Source: Heptranchias perlo
Taxonomy: Eukaryota
Assembly: GCF_035084215.1 (NCBI RefSeq)
Contig: NC_090340.1
Coordinates: 14,694,001-14,758,000 of the forward strand
Length of the DNA: 64,000 nt
Reading direction: 5' to 3'
Part shown: piece after piece, positions 62,915 through 64,000 of the stretch
Numbering within the stretch: position 1 is the stretch's first letter
Layout: each line of letters starts with the position of its first letter
The notes under the pieces: model-generated
What the model was told of the DNA's origin: nothing
Database searches by the model: none
The model's input: only the letters and a program-made list of their open reading frames with translations
Made by a program: the position numbers and the translations under genes

Positions 62915-63109
62915 CTGCGGAACACAATTCGTTCAGAGTGACTCAAGCGCCCAAACGGGCAATTGTATCCAAAGGGGGAGACATCACCTTCTACTGCACA
63001 TTCTCCATCTCTCAAGCCCAGTCCCAAGACTCTGGAGTCTATCACTGCGCAGTGATCCGAGAGGGAACAGTTGGAGCAAATGGAACCGGATCATATCTAA
63101 TTGTGCATG
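62915..63109 (+). CDS. Copy C exon 2: V exon with in-frame 40-codon internal deletion (gene continues beyond the window)
   Basis: Both splice sites are intact. Reads VTQAP...GGDITFYCTFSISQAQS^QDSGVYHCAVIREGTVGANGTGSYLIVH. The following intron is homologous to 22180-22520 and 430-550. Confidence 0.8.
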
Positions 63110-63917
63110 GTAAGTGTGAAACACCGGAGAGCGGGACTGTCGCAAACCTATCAAACATAACAAACGGGAATGTTTTGTGATTGCTTTATTGTACGGTTTG
63201 TGGCAGTATAAACATTTCTGCGAACACATTTCGCGAGAAATTTAAGTTGCAGGTTCGTGTTCTCTATATACAACTGCCAATTAGAGAGTAAAATATTACC
63301 CTTCACATGCAGAGTACAGCAAAATGTATCAATATTAAGCAGTTGGAAAAAAACTCCAAATAAATTTATACACCAGATATCTGATAGCGGAGGTTCAGAA
63401 CAAATTCCAAGCTTATAACTGAGTGAAAATTGTTTCTATTAACACGCTTGCCCCACCATATACACGGCTCTTAGCCCATTTTGGATGCTCTGACTGCCCC
63501 CAGCGCTGTCTCTGGGGGGTTTAACATTCAATAAATTTTTTCTCACATCATGTTTGGCTCGTTAGCGTCACGGATTTGAAAGCCAGCGTGCAACTAACTA
63601 TTGATTAACGGATTCACTCAACAAACTGGAGCTTGGAATTCACAACGTTGTCACCTCACTAACCCCCAATAAATACAATACGCCGGAACTGTATTGCTGC
63701 AACCTCCTGAGGTTCAACCGTATAGTTTATTTCACCAATTGTTATGCTTCAGCTGTGAGATCAGTCCAATACCGAGTAATGCCCTCCTTTTTTCATCGGC
63801 AATGTGGAGATTACTCGAATACTCGTCACTGTCTAACTGAGTAAAGAAAATGGAGGGAATGGGCGCGCCAACTTTCTCCCAGGGTTCATTTGTTTAATTC
63901 TTTGGACTCTGAAAATC

Positions 63918-63990
63918 GCAAACAGATATATTGTAGAATTTGCAAACAGATATATTGTAGAACTTGCAAACAGATATATTGTAGAATTTG
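63918..63990 (+). repeat. 24-bp tandem repeat, three copies
   Basis: gcaaacagatatattgtagaattt. Confidence 0.9.
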
Positions 63991-64000
63991 TATTGATAGT

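Overview
Vertebrate genomic DNA, most likely from a cartilaginous fish (inferred from the CR1 LINE families and Deu-domain SINEs), with no prokaryotic features. The core of the window is a tandem cluster of non-rearranging immunoglobulin-superfamily receptor genes built as leader - V domain with a germline-joined J-like G strand - C1 domain - TM - short tail. One copy (B, 21295-26284, about 289 aa) looks intact and has an Arg in the TM. At least five more copies or remnants lie on both strands, disabled by dead splice acceptors, stops, exon loss or an in-frame V deletion. The cluster is heavily invaded by retroelements. One is an 8.8-kb defective endogenous retrovirus-like provirus (2388-11227, 5-bp TSD) with gag, pro, RT, two RNase H domains, an env remnant resembling a mononegaviral F protein (lokiretrovirus-like) and a tandem array at the PBS position. 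Another is a young 2.6-kb LTR-derived element (33133-35712) whose right end is an inverted copy of its left LTR, flanked by a clean 5-bp TSD. There are also many CR1, L2, Penelope and SINE fragments, several of them nested. All calls come from reading the sequence by eye; no database searches were run.
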